64,000 nt of DNA. Origin: Marsupella aquatica. Lineage: Eukaryota; Plantae; Marchantiophyta. Within the stretch, counting starts at the first letter, position 1. Every line of letters starts with the position of its first letter. This document shows positions 11,499 through 22,329 of the stretch, one piece after another. Made by a program: the position numbers and the translations under genes. The notes under the pieces were generated by a model that ran no database searches, had not been told where the DNA came from, and worked only from the letters and a program-made list of their open reading frames with translations. The DNA lies in NCBI GenBank assembly GCA_973895155.1, contig OZ316899.1:16705974-16769973 (forward strand), read 5' to 3'.

Positions 11499-12113
11499 GG
11501 GGAGTCCTGGCCTTTGTGAGTAAAAGAATACCACGGAGGGAGGGTACAACTAAGCTCGTTGGGCAAGTGCGGAGCCGGGCTCCATTGTAGTGTACGCCGC
11601 TCTGCCGTTGGGCCTGTTTACTCAAGAGATGTCGAGTCAACCGTGTATATGCATATGACGGATTCTGAAGTAAAGTCTTTCCCCACCATTTCCTTTGTGT
11701 AAACCGAGATTGTATGTGTGTGAGTTTAGTTGCATGTATGAATCTCGTATACGGGTAGAGAATGCTTGGCCGAACGCATCATCCAAGCCGTGCACGGGGT
11801 GTAGGCTGCGGATAGTGGTTGCGAGCCCGGGTTGGATACCCGTATCATTGGATCTGGATTGGAGGCGGACAGTTTAAAGGCTTAAAAGCCCTTAAGTCGG
11901 GGTTGATCCAACTATCGACTTAAGGTACGTTCCGGCGGCGGAACACAAACTATACCCATGACATTTCTATGAGTAGGAATAGGCACACTTAGCGCTAGAT
12001 TACGAGAATAAGGTTCAGTTTGCACATCCCTCTTTGCCCAAACCCTCAAAACTAATGAAGATTATGCCCGTCGAAGCCGAAATCCGCACAAGGACAAAGC
12101 TTTTGGCGTGACA
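11499..12113 (+). mobile_element. 3' end of a family-B-like LTR
   Basis: Colinear with ~56248-56856 and ~61720-62315; ends ...GGCGTGACA. Confidence 0.85.
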
Positions 12114-15100
12114 CCATTGGACCTATGTCATTGACCCCCAGGAAATTATTGCTTTCTAGTCACCAGCTCCACATTGTACTTGAGCCTCAATTTCCTTCCG
12201 CAAGCTTAGATCAGACCAAGACATGGGACTTGAATGTTCCTGGGAATTTGAAACAAAATACTTCATCATCAACGCTTGCAGTTCCCCATCCAGGTTTGAA
12301 AGCAAGCTCTATGCCAGTACCCACATTCAGTACTATCTCACAACACAAAAGGGCATGGTGAGAGGGAAAGAGTACTTCTGATTTCCAAGCCCCAAGTCTA
12401 AATAATAGGCGACCTGGTCCAAGATTTGAAACGAGCAACATGCTTGGTTGACAATCTTTCCCAAAAAGCTCAAACAACATCGCTAGATATCAGAATTCCA
12501 GTGAGCAAATCGAGACCGGAGTGCAACCAAAGAATGTGATCTCTAATCAAACATTGCGTAGGAGTCCTCATGGTGGTGCTCATTTGCTATCAAATAGCTA
12601 TGCAACCCAAACTTTGTATGGGAAAAGTGGGATAAGAGTAGAGCCGGCCAATGTTGTTGTTGACCAGGCCAGGAGCTCTTGAAATGGTGCCCATTTGGCC
12701 CTCAACAATGACTGGATATCTGAAAGTACAATTATGGCCTCCATCATCCTTCAGACGTCTGGCGTGGCCAAATTTTACACCCCATCCCAACAACGGGTGC
12801 AGGAGGAGATTTACGCATTTCGGGATAAATGGACGCTCCAAAAGATCACTGCCAAGCCATACAGCAGGGAAGCTCAAGTAACACACCCTAAGTAAGACAG
12901 GCACCTGAAACCTTGGATAGTTTCCGAGGTGCAAGGGATGATGGCAACAATGAAGCAAAGTTGGAGGCACCATCCCCTCAAACTTGCGCAAGAGCTAGCA
13001 AGTGGAAGGACGATGCAAAGATAATCGAGCAGAACGGGGACTCTTCTGTAGTATTGTGTGAATGCTCTCACCCAAGAATAAGGAATCAAGTGAATAATAC
13101 ACTTATACAGTTTTAATGAGACATACATTTATGTGAAAAGGTGATAGAATATATAGCAAAACTGGGAAATAAGAGTATTGTAGGGTTAAATGATTTGATA
13201 AACTTACCAACAAAGTTAAAGACAGTCAGCCCCACTACACTCGTGATTGCTATGTATATAATTCGTGGATCACCTTCCACATCCTGGGTTGCAAAATCTG
13301 AAGATGTGATCTGTTGGCGCCATCATTAGACGTAAGTATCAGAGATAGCACCAACTAGAATACAAGTAAACAACCACCCTCCTCACGCCCACCCAAACCC
13401 CCTTTTCCCAAAGAGACCTCTGCGTACAGTCATTTCCTTGGAGACAAATGTGTCAGTCCAAAAGATAAGAAGATGATAAATATGCTGTAGTTTCTTCATT
13501 AGAACGACACTAACTCCCAACCAGACAATAACAAAGAGTGGAGCGCAGTGAAACCAGAACCAGCAGCTGGGCATAAAGATCAAGAATTGCTAGCATTTCA
13601 ATGACAGAAATCTTGGAAGTGTACCACTTATTGAAAAAAATCTGCATACCCCTGCAAGGACGTATTGTGCAAGGGAAGTTGTGAAGATGCTGATACTTCC
13701 AAGATAAAGAGCTAGAAAGGTGCCCGAAAATAATATTTCTAAACTTGATTAAAGGATGCAATCAAGAAAGTAACTTTTATGCATAAGTTACCATCCTATG
13801 GGAGTGCAATTTAGAATGGCTTATCTGGACATGCAGGATGCCAAATTCCATCAAGATTCATTGTGACATGCATGCACGTCATGAAGCGGTACAACTAAAG
13901 TTGTTAATGGGATGGAATCACGTCAACAAAACACTTACAACTTGAAAGTGGGACTCAAACGAGTAGGTGACAACAAAGCCAATTTCACCAGAAGTAAAAC
14001 AACATTTGATGTGCTTAAGATTCAAGAGTCTCTACCTCTATGTATCAAGGAAGAGGAGAAATCTTTAGCTATCTCTGAAGAAATCACACGTCAATATGTA
14101 AGACCGGCATTGGTCCGCCGACAACATTCAAGTCAATTCAGGCAACAAGTCTCGGGCCAACATGCAATTGACCTCGCCAAAGAATCTTGGCTTTGGGTCA
14201 ATGTTCAAATTTTTGCCTGGTCTTGAAGGAGAAGTCACTGTTTCACGAGTTGCAATTCCCCACCTCAAAGCACCATGTAGTCCACTCAATGCAGCTTCTC
14301 CCTCTGTAACAAGTTAATTGATAATGATTGTTATCCGTATAGAGAGGACAGGCCAAGGCTCATCCTTGCCATAGAGGAAGACAAAGATTTGTATTTCAAA
14401 TGATAAACATGAGAAGCCGACTTGACAGGTCACCACAAACAGGAAAAGAAACAATAGAAATGCTAGACCCATTTCTTGACTGCTACCAAACAATCCTCGA
14501 CTACCATCAAATACGTTTACTTAGGAAAAACCATAAGGCAACCCTAAAGAAGAGATAAAAAATCAGAAACACGGCCCGCAATACCAACCTCTGCACCCGC
14601 TAAAAGTTGGAATCAACGAGCAAAGAAACTCATGACATAGGCATAAGCAACAACATCAAACACAAGAAATCACAATTCCCCATCAAAACCCTCACTATCA
14701 TCAGCGGCTCTCACAAAACCCCAATTAAAACATACTCAAAAGCGTCAACCCAAAAGAGAAAAAAGTATCAAACCAAAAACAATCTTGCAATCTGCTGTGC
14801 AATGAACCAACAACACCCACAAAGTTTAAGACAACAATCTGTAAACAATTTCCAAAGCTCACGACGATGTTGACTCCCACCACAAAGATGACACTTGAAC
14901 TGCCCCTTTACTCGTAGTTATGCCTTGCTTATATGTCAACTCCTCAACGATCTCCCTCTCATAGTGATCACGCCTTTCAACCCTCCTCCCTCGATATATA
15001 TTTTTGCCTTGCCTCCCTTTAAGCTCTGCCACGGCTTGCCTCTTGGAATGCAGAAGTCAAGGACTTATGACAATCTTACGTGGTAAATGGTTTCTTGCAC

Positions 15101-15999
15101 CGCTTTGAACCAAGGACCAAAGCGATTGCAGATTCACAAATGATTATATGTTGTTGTACTCGTCCTCTCTCCTTCTATTGGATTGCATTTTGTTACGGTA
15201 AGTAGGTACGCTAGAAAAGGGTCGCACTAAATGCACTGAAAAAGTTTAGGGTTTACTTCCCCAGATTATATTTGATTACATAAAGCGCTAAACACTTATA
15301 TCTTGAAGTAACTAATTAGAGATCCACAAGGTGTTTAGTCATGAACATATGTAAACACTGATAATTATGTGAATGATGTTACAGACAATAGTAGGCACAG
15401 ATTATCTTATGGTAATAAAAAATGATTGCTAGTCATTTTAAAATGACACGATGACTATTCAGTCATTATTTCCCGTAAGAAAATACAGGTATGGATTGTT
15501 ACTAGTGAGGAAAGCATGGCAATGTTGTCGACATGAATCCCCTTAACGCCATCCTTCTTGTAGCCGTTCTTCCCGGACTTGTTCCCAAAATATTCCTCCA
15601 ATAACTCAACAAACACTTCTTCATTTGTGACCTCTTTCTGAATCCTTCCCACATTGGGCAAGCCACGGACATTGTGGAAATGATCAACATCCTTCACAAA
15701 CTCATCAACTGTCCACTCTTTTGGTGAGGGGACCTTTACAGGACTCTTACCATGGGACTTTGGTGGTAGCTTGTGAGACTTTCTAGGCATTTCAAAAGAC
15801 ATGCCTGTTGCCTAGCTTGAGTTCTCCGAGTTGAGCCTCGCTCCAAGGTTTGGCAACAAACTATTTGGGCGCAACCCGCACTATACAACTTTGTTTGAGT
15901 CACTTGAAAGCATGCTACTCTAGGCTTAGAGTCCCCTATATCTCCCTTGCGCCTGAATCAAGACACGGGAATGTGAGTTCAATGTCATCTCATTTGGAA

Positions 16000-16098
16000 A
16001 GATTGACTATTTGCCTAAATCCGTGGCCTAGATCATAAAAGACAATCATTCAGATTGACTGTTTGCGTAATATGTGGCCTAGATCATAAAAGACATTC
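16000..16098 (+). repeat. Two-copy ~52-bp tandem duplication
   Basis: AGATTGACT.TTTGC.TAA...GTGGCCTAGATCATAAAAGACA occurs twice. Confidence 0.8.
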
Positions 16099-17500
16099 AA
16101 TAAACAAGTGGGGAATAAAGAAATTAAAGGTAATCAAAGCAACTTTCCAAGTGAAGACTGGTGTAGCAAACTTTGAGTTGTCAATTCCCAAAATTGTAGC
16201 TCACATGCATCTTCAACTTCTCCATTACGCAAACAAGAACGCAAAAAGTTCCAAAGATTCAAATGCATGCAAAAAAACTTCCTACACCACAATGCAACAT
16301 TCTTCCCTCCCCCTTTTCCTCCCCTGCTACCTAATCAAGGATTACAATGTTGCGGTCTTCTCCAACTAGCAACAAATTGCGCAACATTCAAACATGACTA
16401 TGAATTGCAAAGTTCATTCAACGCGATAAAGCAAAAATAGTGCAACAGAAAGGAAGTGAGCACTTCGCGCCCAAACAATGCTATGGTTTGGATCTTCCTT
16501 CTAGCATAAATGGTCAAGATCCAACAATGCTACTCCCTCAACCACCACCATTGATCTTCATTGCCACCACAACACGGTTTGGATTTTTCCTTGCAGATTT
16601 GAAGCGAGTTTGCCCTGGTCTCCTCACGTTGATTACACCACATTTTGATTTGAGTGACCCAAAACTCAACTGCCCCAAAATGGTTACTATAGTAGAAATG
16701 GCAAAACAAGAAACAAAGACCGCAACAGAAATAAAAAACATAGATGAAATTGATTATGGAGAAATTGATAAGGGAGCATAATTGACCAATCTTGGGAGGC
16801 TACAACTCAATTAGATAATGACCATGCTTATCAACCGTTTCTCTCCTTCATCTAAATCAAAATTCACAACATAGATTTCATTTTTACAATTCTCCATTGA
16901 CGAACAGTTCCAACTACTTGAATTGAGAACCAATAACAATTGAATATAAATTATGGCTATGAACACAATCGAAAGCTTCATTTCCAGGCACTGAATGCAG
17001 ATGGTTCTAATTACCTTTCTTGGTCCCTGGATATAGAGGCACGTCTTGCATCCAAAAACCTCCAAGACACCATACTAACGGATGTTGGACCTACCTTACA
17101 GCAAAAAGCTTAGGCTGTAATTCTAATAAGACATCACTTGGCGGATTCCCTGAAAAGGCAATATATGAATGAGTATAACCCCTGCATCTTATAGGATGAA
17201 CTCCCAATCACGGTTTGATCATACACCGGACCATTTTCCTTCCAGCATCATGACATGATTGGGTAAATCTTTGAGTTCAAGATCACAAAACAATCGCTGA
17301 TTACAAGAGTAAATTGTTCCGCATTGTCTCCCAACTGTCCATATGCGGACAACCAGTGGGAGACAACGAGCAGATAGAAAAACCTTGTCTACATTTCACT
17401 CCACCAACCTGATCCTGTCCACACAATATATATTGCAACATGTTCACAAAGTACTCTGAGCTTATAGCACATATGCTATTAGCCAAAAAATACCAGATTT

Positions 17501-20500
17501 TCAGGGGGAGCACGAACTCACCTTCGGTTTGGTGAGTAGTGGCTTACCAGTATTCTTGCGGATGTGGTTTATGATGTTTCGAAGCCATAGCGCTTCTCTT
17601 GTTGCTTCGTAAAGAGCTATTACTTCTGAATGATTGGACGATGTGGTAGTCAAGGTTTGTTTTGTACTGCGCCATGATATTGCTGTGTTGCCTTGCAAGA
17701 AGACATAACCAGTCTGAGATTTCGAGTCATGCGGATCGGATAGATATCCAGCGTCCGCGTATCCTTGCAGTTCATCCGGGTTATCATTGGCGAAATACAG
17801 GCCCATATCCATGGAGCCTTGAAGATAACGAAATAGTCGTTTGATGCCGTTCCAGTGGCGAATAGTAGGTTGGGCGCTATGTCGTGCCAAGAGACTCACT
17901 GCAAATGAAATGTCGGGACGGGTGTTGTTCGCCAGATAGAGGAGAGCTCCGATTGCAGATAAATAAGGCTTGTCTGCATCAAGAAGTGATTCATTTTCTT
18001 GTCTCCTTCTAAACATATCTTTAGTGGTGTCCAGGGATCGCATCTCCATGGGAGTCGAGACTGAGTAAGCATTCTGCATGTTAAACTGTCGAAGAATTTT
18101 CTTTGTGTAAGTTGATTGACTAATAAACATACCTTGTGGCAGGTGGTCGAACTGTAGACCGAGGCAATACGTCGGTTCTCCCAGTTCTTTCATTTCGAAG
18201 ATGCCCTTCATTGTATTAATAGTCTGCTTTAATAGCTTGGGGGTGCCGAACAGATTGACGTCATCAACATATAGTGCTAATATCACGAACTCAGGTGCTA
18301 GGTGTTTTATAAAAATGCAAGGGGCGAGGTCGTCATTTATAAAGCCAAGAGTCTGCATCTTAGTTTTGAATGTCTGATACCAGATGCGTCCGCTCTGTTT
18401 CAGTCCGTTTATTGATTTAAGGACTTGCACAGCAAATGCCTGCTGTCCAGTCCCATATTTACCTGGGTACTGGAGTGGTTCTTTGAGTGTGTTGCCACTG
18501 CTCAACACTAGGCCTTTAATGTCATCATCAGGGACAATCTGTCGAAGTCCCGACTTCATGTCCTGACTTAGGGTATGTATATTCTTCCCCTGGATGTGCT
18601 CTACCACTCTTTCGAGCAATTCCTTTGGAGCTTTCATATATATTTCGGAGTCTAAGACTCCATATAGGTACGCAGTTACCACGTCCATGAGTATGTTTTT
18701 GAGTTTATGCTTTCTTGAAAAAGATATTAAGTACCTAAAGGTAGTTACATCCATAACTGGCGAATAGGTTAAATCGTAATCCCTTCCAGGGATTTGGGTG
18801 TAGCCTTTCGCTACAAGCCTTGCTCGATATCTTATGACATCTCCTTGGGCATTGCGTTTTCTAACGAATATAAAACGACTATCTGTATAGTCATTCTTTG
18901 GTTGTACAACCTTAACTGGGCCGAATACTTGTCTTTTGATTAATGCGTCCATTTCTGTATTGATAGCCTCTCTCCACTGTGGCCAATCGGGCCTTTTCTG
19001 TGCTTCTTTGATTGTATAGGGATCAGGTGTATCATTTGAGATGGATTGGGCTATATGATAAGCAAACTGCTCGTCTATTATTGTGTTTGATCGAGCATAA
19101 ATGTGTCCTGTGTGTGTGTATTGAATAGACATTTCTTCATTATCTGGTGCCCTCTTTTTCTCTGGTTCGATACTGACCAGATTAAATGTGGTTTCAGTAT
19201 TTACCGTTTGTGTACGTCTCTGGCGAGGGCGAGAATCAGTGGATCCTAGTGGGCGTCCTCTCTTCGCCTTAGGTAAGGTTTCCTTTGCTTGAGTTGGCAG
19301 CAGCTGAATCCGAGCTGGGGTATTGACTGCTTCAACATGTGATCTGGTCACATTTGCTGCGTCATTGAAAGCGTCAGGAATCTTTTCCAACATTTCGTGG
19401 AGATGTAATAAGCGCCTTACCTCCTCGTCTGCACTTTGAGTTCTTGGATCTTGATTGAGTAGATTTCTGCTATTCCAATTGAGCTGTACTGGTGTTATGT
19501 CGTGTGATGTAGTTGGCGCCTTAAGTAATGAGGGGAAAATTTCCTCATAGAAATGGCAGTCAGCGTGTCTTGCTTTAAATACATCAGCTGTGCTAGGTTC
19601 CAGATAGCGGATAATAGACGAGGAGTCATGGCCAATATAAATACCTTCTCTCCTCTGTGGGCCAAGTTTGGATCGATGTGGCCCAAGGATGGGTACCATC
19701 ACTTTACATCCGAATACTCTAATGTGTGAAAGGTCAGGGGGTAAACCGAATGCAAGGTGATGAGGGGTTTTAGTATTAAATGCTGACGGCCGATACTTAA
19801 GCAAAGTTGTTGCATGGAGGACAGCGTGTCCCCATGCTGAAGGTGGTAGTTTAGAGTTCAATAGAAGTGGCCTTGTTATCATTTGAATCCTTTTTATGAC
19901 TGACTCTGCTATGCCGTTCTGGAAATGGACGTAAGGAACTGAGTATTCAATGTCGATCCCCGCTGTCATACAGAAGTCGTCAAATGCTCTGGAGGTAAAT
20001 TCCCCTGCCCCGTCCACTCGCAATTTCTTAATTGGACAATCTGGGAATTGTACTCGAAGTTTTAATAAGTTGGCTAAGATTCTGGCAAAGACCAGGTTAC
20101 GAGTAGAAATTAATGAAACGTGGAGCCATTTAGTTGAAGAGTCTATAATGGCTAAAAAATATCTGAAAGGCCCACTTGGAGGGTGTATTGGCCCGCAGAC
20201 ATCAGCATTTAGACGTTCCAGGAATTTAGGGATAGTATAGATGGTCTTTTGTGTAGCTGGGCGTGTACTCAGCTTCCCCTGAGAACATGCAAGACATTGC
20301 TTATGATTTATAGATGGATGCACTCCTTTAGGGATTCCTCGTGAGTCCTTGATGATGCGACGGTACATATTTATTCCCGGGTGCCCCAGTCGACAGTGCC
20401 AGAGGTATGTAAGATTATTTGATTCTGCTGTGGCATAGTTCGCTGTTATTGGGGCTGCATATAAACCCGGGGGTATTAGAGGTAGTATCTCTTTGATTTG

Positions 20501-21874
20501 AATTCCATCTGTGGTCATGGCTACTATTTGCAAAGTAGGTTTCTGCTGGATCATTGCTGTGCGGAGTTGATAATTATTAGCAACAACGTCTTTGAAGCTA
20601 ATCAAATTTCGAGTAGCTTTTGGTGCAAAGATAGCTGCTTCGATGTTAATGAATGTTCCTTGGGGAAATTTGACAGTAGCCTTTCCTGTTCCTTCCTCAA
20701 TCTTATTCGTACCTGATATGGTTGTCATTATCCTGGCAGATGGAGTGATATCTTGGAAATAACTCCTATCTTTTAGGATAGTGTGGGATGTCCCACTATC
20801 AATGATACCTAAATTGGGATCGTTGGAGGAGGGATATGGTGGCTCTTCTGTCACCAGATGAGCTTCAGCGTTGGATTGGTCTATCGTATCATTTTCTTCT
20901 CGATAAGATGGTAGCTCCTCTTCCAATTCCATATAGTTGCCATCTGGATTTTGCTTTAACTTAGCTCTTGCTTCTGAGTGCCTCTTAGCCGCTTGGTCAG
21001 AAGCCCAGCAGTCTTTCTTTAGGTGGCCAATTTTTCCACATCTATAACACATTCGGTCTTCTCGTGTGTTGTCAGATGATTGGGCGTGACCTCTGCCGCG
21101 TCCTCTTCCTCTACCCCGGCCACGGCTTCTGCTGCCTCGACCTCTGGTATTTTCATACTGATTTCCCCTTCCACTATAATTTGAGTTGCGACCTCGTCCT
21201 CTATATCCACCTCTTTGTGTACCCCGGCCTCTTATATTTCGTTGTTGGTCTTCTGGGGCATTGTAATTAATTTCTGGTTTCTGTGGTATAGGTGCAGTGC
21301 CTGGTGGTCGTTTCCTTGCATTCTGTATAGAGACAATTTGTTGTTTCTCCTCTACTAGGAGATGTGCAATTAAGTTAGAATAAGTTGTGAATTGCATATT
21401 CCTGTATTGAGTTCCCAAGGCGATGTTGGCCTCTGGGAAAGTACTCAACGTTTTATCGATTTTGTCTAAGTCTGCAACTGGGTGGCCACACATCTCCAAT
21501 TGAGATGTAATACGAAATAGAGAACTATTATAATTTGCTATAGAAGTATGATCCATGACACGTAGATTAAACCAATCCCTGCGGGCTTCTGGGAGCCAGA
21601 CCTCTCGCATATGGTCAAATCGAGCTTTTAATTTGTCCCATAATAGACAGGGATTAAGATCACTCATATATTGTGTCTTCAGTGATGGTGTCAAATGCTG
21701 TCTAAGTAGAAATACAGCTTTGGCCTTCTGTTGCAATGTTAAATTGTCATCAGTAATTAATGTATCCTCTAGTTGTATTGATGCGAAGTAGGTCTCTACA
21801 TCTATTGACCAGGTTAAGTAATTATTGCCATCTGCCAATAGGGCTGGAAAGTGTAATTTCTCCAGGGTGGCCAT
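17501..21874 (-). CDS. Copia gag-pol polyprotein (gag, CCHC, protease, GAG-pre-integrase, integrase, RT, partial RNase H)
   Basis: 1457-aa ORF with CYRCGKIGHLKKDC, IIDSGTSHT, WHCRLGHP, DVCGP..VDGAGEF..QNGIAE, RARLVAKG, LYVDD, GYADA and SSNHSE. The frame ends right after 'LLTKP', before the expected YEDN motif. Confidence 0.95.
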   Translation of the reverse strand: MATLEKLHFPALLADGNNYLTWSIDVETYFASIQLEDTLITDDNLTLQQKAKAVFLLRQHLTPSLKTQYMSDLNPCLLWDKLKARFDHMREVWLPEARRDWFNLRVMDHTSIANYNSSLFRITSQLEMCGHPVADLDKIDKTLSTFPEANIALGTQYRNMQFTTYSNLIAHLLVEEKQQIVSIQNARKRPPGTAPIPQKPEINYNAPEDQQRNIRGRGTQRGGYRGRGRNSNYSGRGNQYENTRGRGSRSRGRGRGRGRGRGHAQSSDNTREDRMCYRCGKIGHLKKDCWASDQAAKRHSEARAKLKQNPDGNYMELEEELPSYREENDTIDQSNAEAHLVTEEPPYPSSNDPNLGIIDSGTSHTILKDRSYFQDITPSARIMTTISGTNKIEEGTGKATVKFPQGTFINIEAAIFAPKATRNLISFKDVVANNYQLRTAMIQQKPTLQIVAMTTDGIQIKEILPLIPPGLYAAPITANYATAESNNLTYLWHCRLGHPGINMYRRIIKDSRGIPKGVHPSINHKQCLACSQGKLSTRPATQKTIYTIPKFLERLNADVCGPIHPPSGPFRYFLAIIDSSTKWLHVSLISTRNLVFARILANLLKLRVQFPDCPIKKLRVDGAGEFTSRAFDDFCMTAGIDIEYSVPYVHFQNGIAESVIKRIQMITRPLLLNSKLPPSAWGHAVLHATTLLKYRPSAFNTKTPHHLAFGLPPDLSHIRVFGCKVMVPILGPHRSKLGPQRREGIYIGHDSSSIIRYLEPSTADVFKARHADCHFYEEIFPSLLKAPTTSHDITPVQLNWNSRNLLNQDPRTQSADEEVRRLLHLHEMLEKIPDAFNDAANVTRSHVEAVNTPARIQLLPTQAKETLPKAKRGRPLGSTDSRPRQRRTQTVNTETTFNLVSIEPEKKRAPDNEEMSIQYTHTGHIYARSNTIIDEQFAYHIAQSISNDTPDPYTIKEAQKRPDWPQWREAINTEMDALIKRQVFGPVKVVQPKNDYTDSRFIFVRKRNAQGDVIRYRARLVAKGYTQIPGRDYDLTYSPVMDVTTFRYLISFSRKHKLKNILMDVVTAYLYGVLDSEIYMKAPKELLERVVEHIQGKNIHTLSQDMKSGLRQIVPDDDIKGLVLSSGNTLKEPLQYPGKYGTGQQAFAVQVLKSINGLKQSGRIWYQTFKTKMQTLGFINDDLAPCIFIKHLAPEFVILALYVDDVNLFGTPKLLKQTINTMKGIFEMKELGEPTYCLGLQFDHLPQGMFISQSTYTKKILRQFNMQNAYSVSTPMEMRSLDTTKDMFRRRQENESLLDADKPYLSAIGALLYLANNTRPDISFAVSLLARHSAQPTIRHWNGIKRLFRYLQGSMDMGLYFANDNPDELQGYADAGYLSDPHDSKSQTGYVFLQGNTAISWRSTKQTLTTTSSNHSEVIALYEATREALWLRNIINHIRKNTGKPLLTKPKVSSCSP

Positions 21875-22315
21875 AGTATCTCAAATCTGTAACAAATCAC
21901 TGTCCGCGTTCTGATTAATATCAAATCTATGTCGTTCTCAATTACTTCAATCACTCGTGCCTTTTTATCCACGGGATTTTCCTTGGCGATAAAAGAAACT
22001 CAGGATTTCCGTGGCGGAACAATAAGATATAAAAAAAAATTGAGTCGAATTTGAACGGGAAAACACTATTTCAAAGTGATTCATGCCTCTCCGATAGTGT
22101 CACTAATCAATTATATACGGATTGTGTGTTTTCCGTAAGGATTCGTGGACTATTCAGAGGATCCGAAGTTTAAATTATGGTGTGATTTGAATCGGTGGCA
22201 GTTACTGATGTGGGGTGGGGCTAAAAACGCAACATTGGAAGTCAATTTCTTTGTCTGAAAGCCGTACTCCAATTATCCTACCTTAACTCCAAACTGAAAA
22301 AAAATTTAGATGCTA

Positions 22316-22329
22316 TCGCGCTGATAACG
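22316..22329 (-). promoter_or_regulatory. Bianca-type PBS (internal/half tRNA-iMet)
   Basis: CGTTATCAGCGCGA immediately after the LTR-terminal CA on the minus strand. Confidence 0.8.

Noticed and set aside
12114-13330. Short ORFs right of the B-like LTR end
   Set aside because: No recognisable motifs and no consistent frame.
13380-14300. Possible degraded F-box-like gene on the minus strand
   Set aside because: Only faint LP..ARVCR-like similarity across broken frames; cannot be supported.
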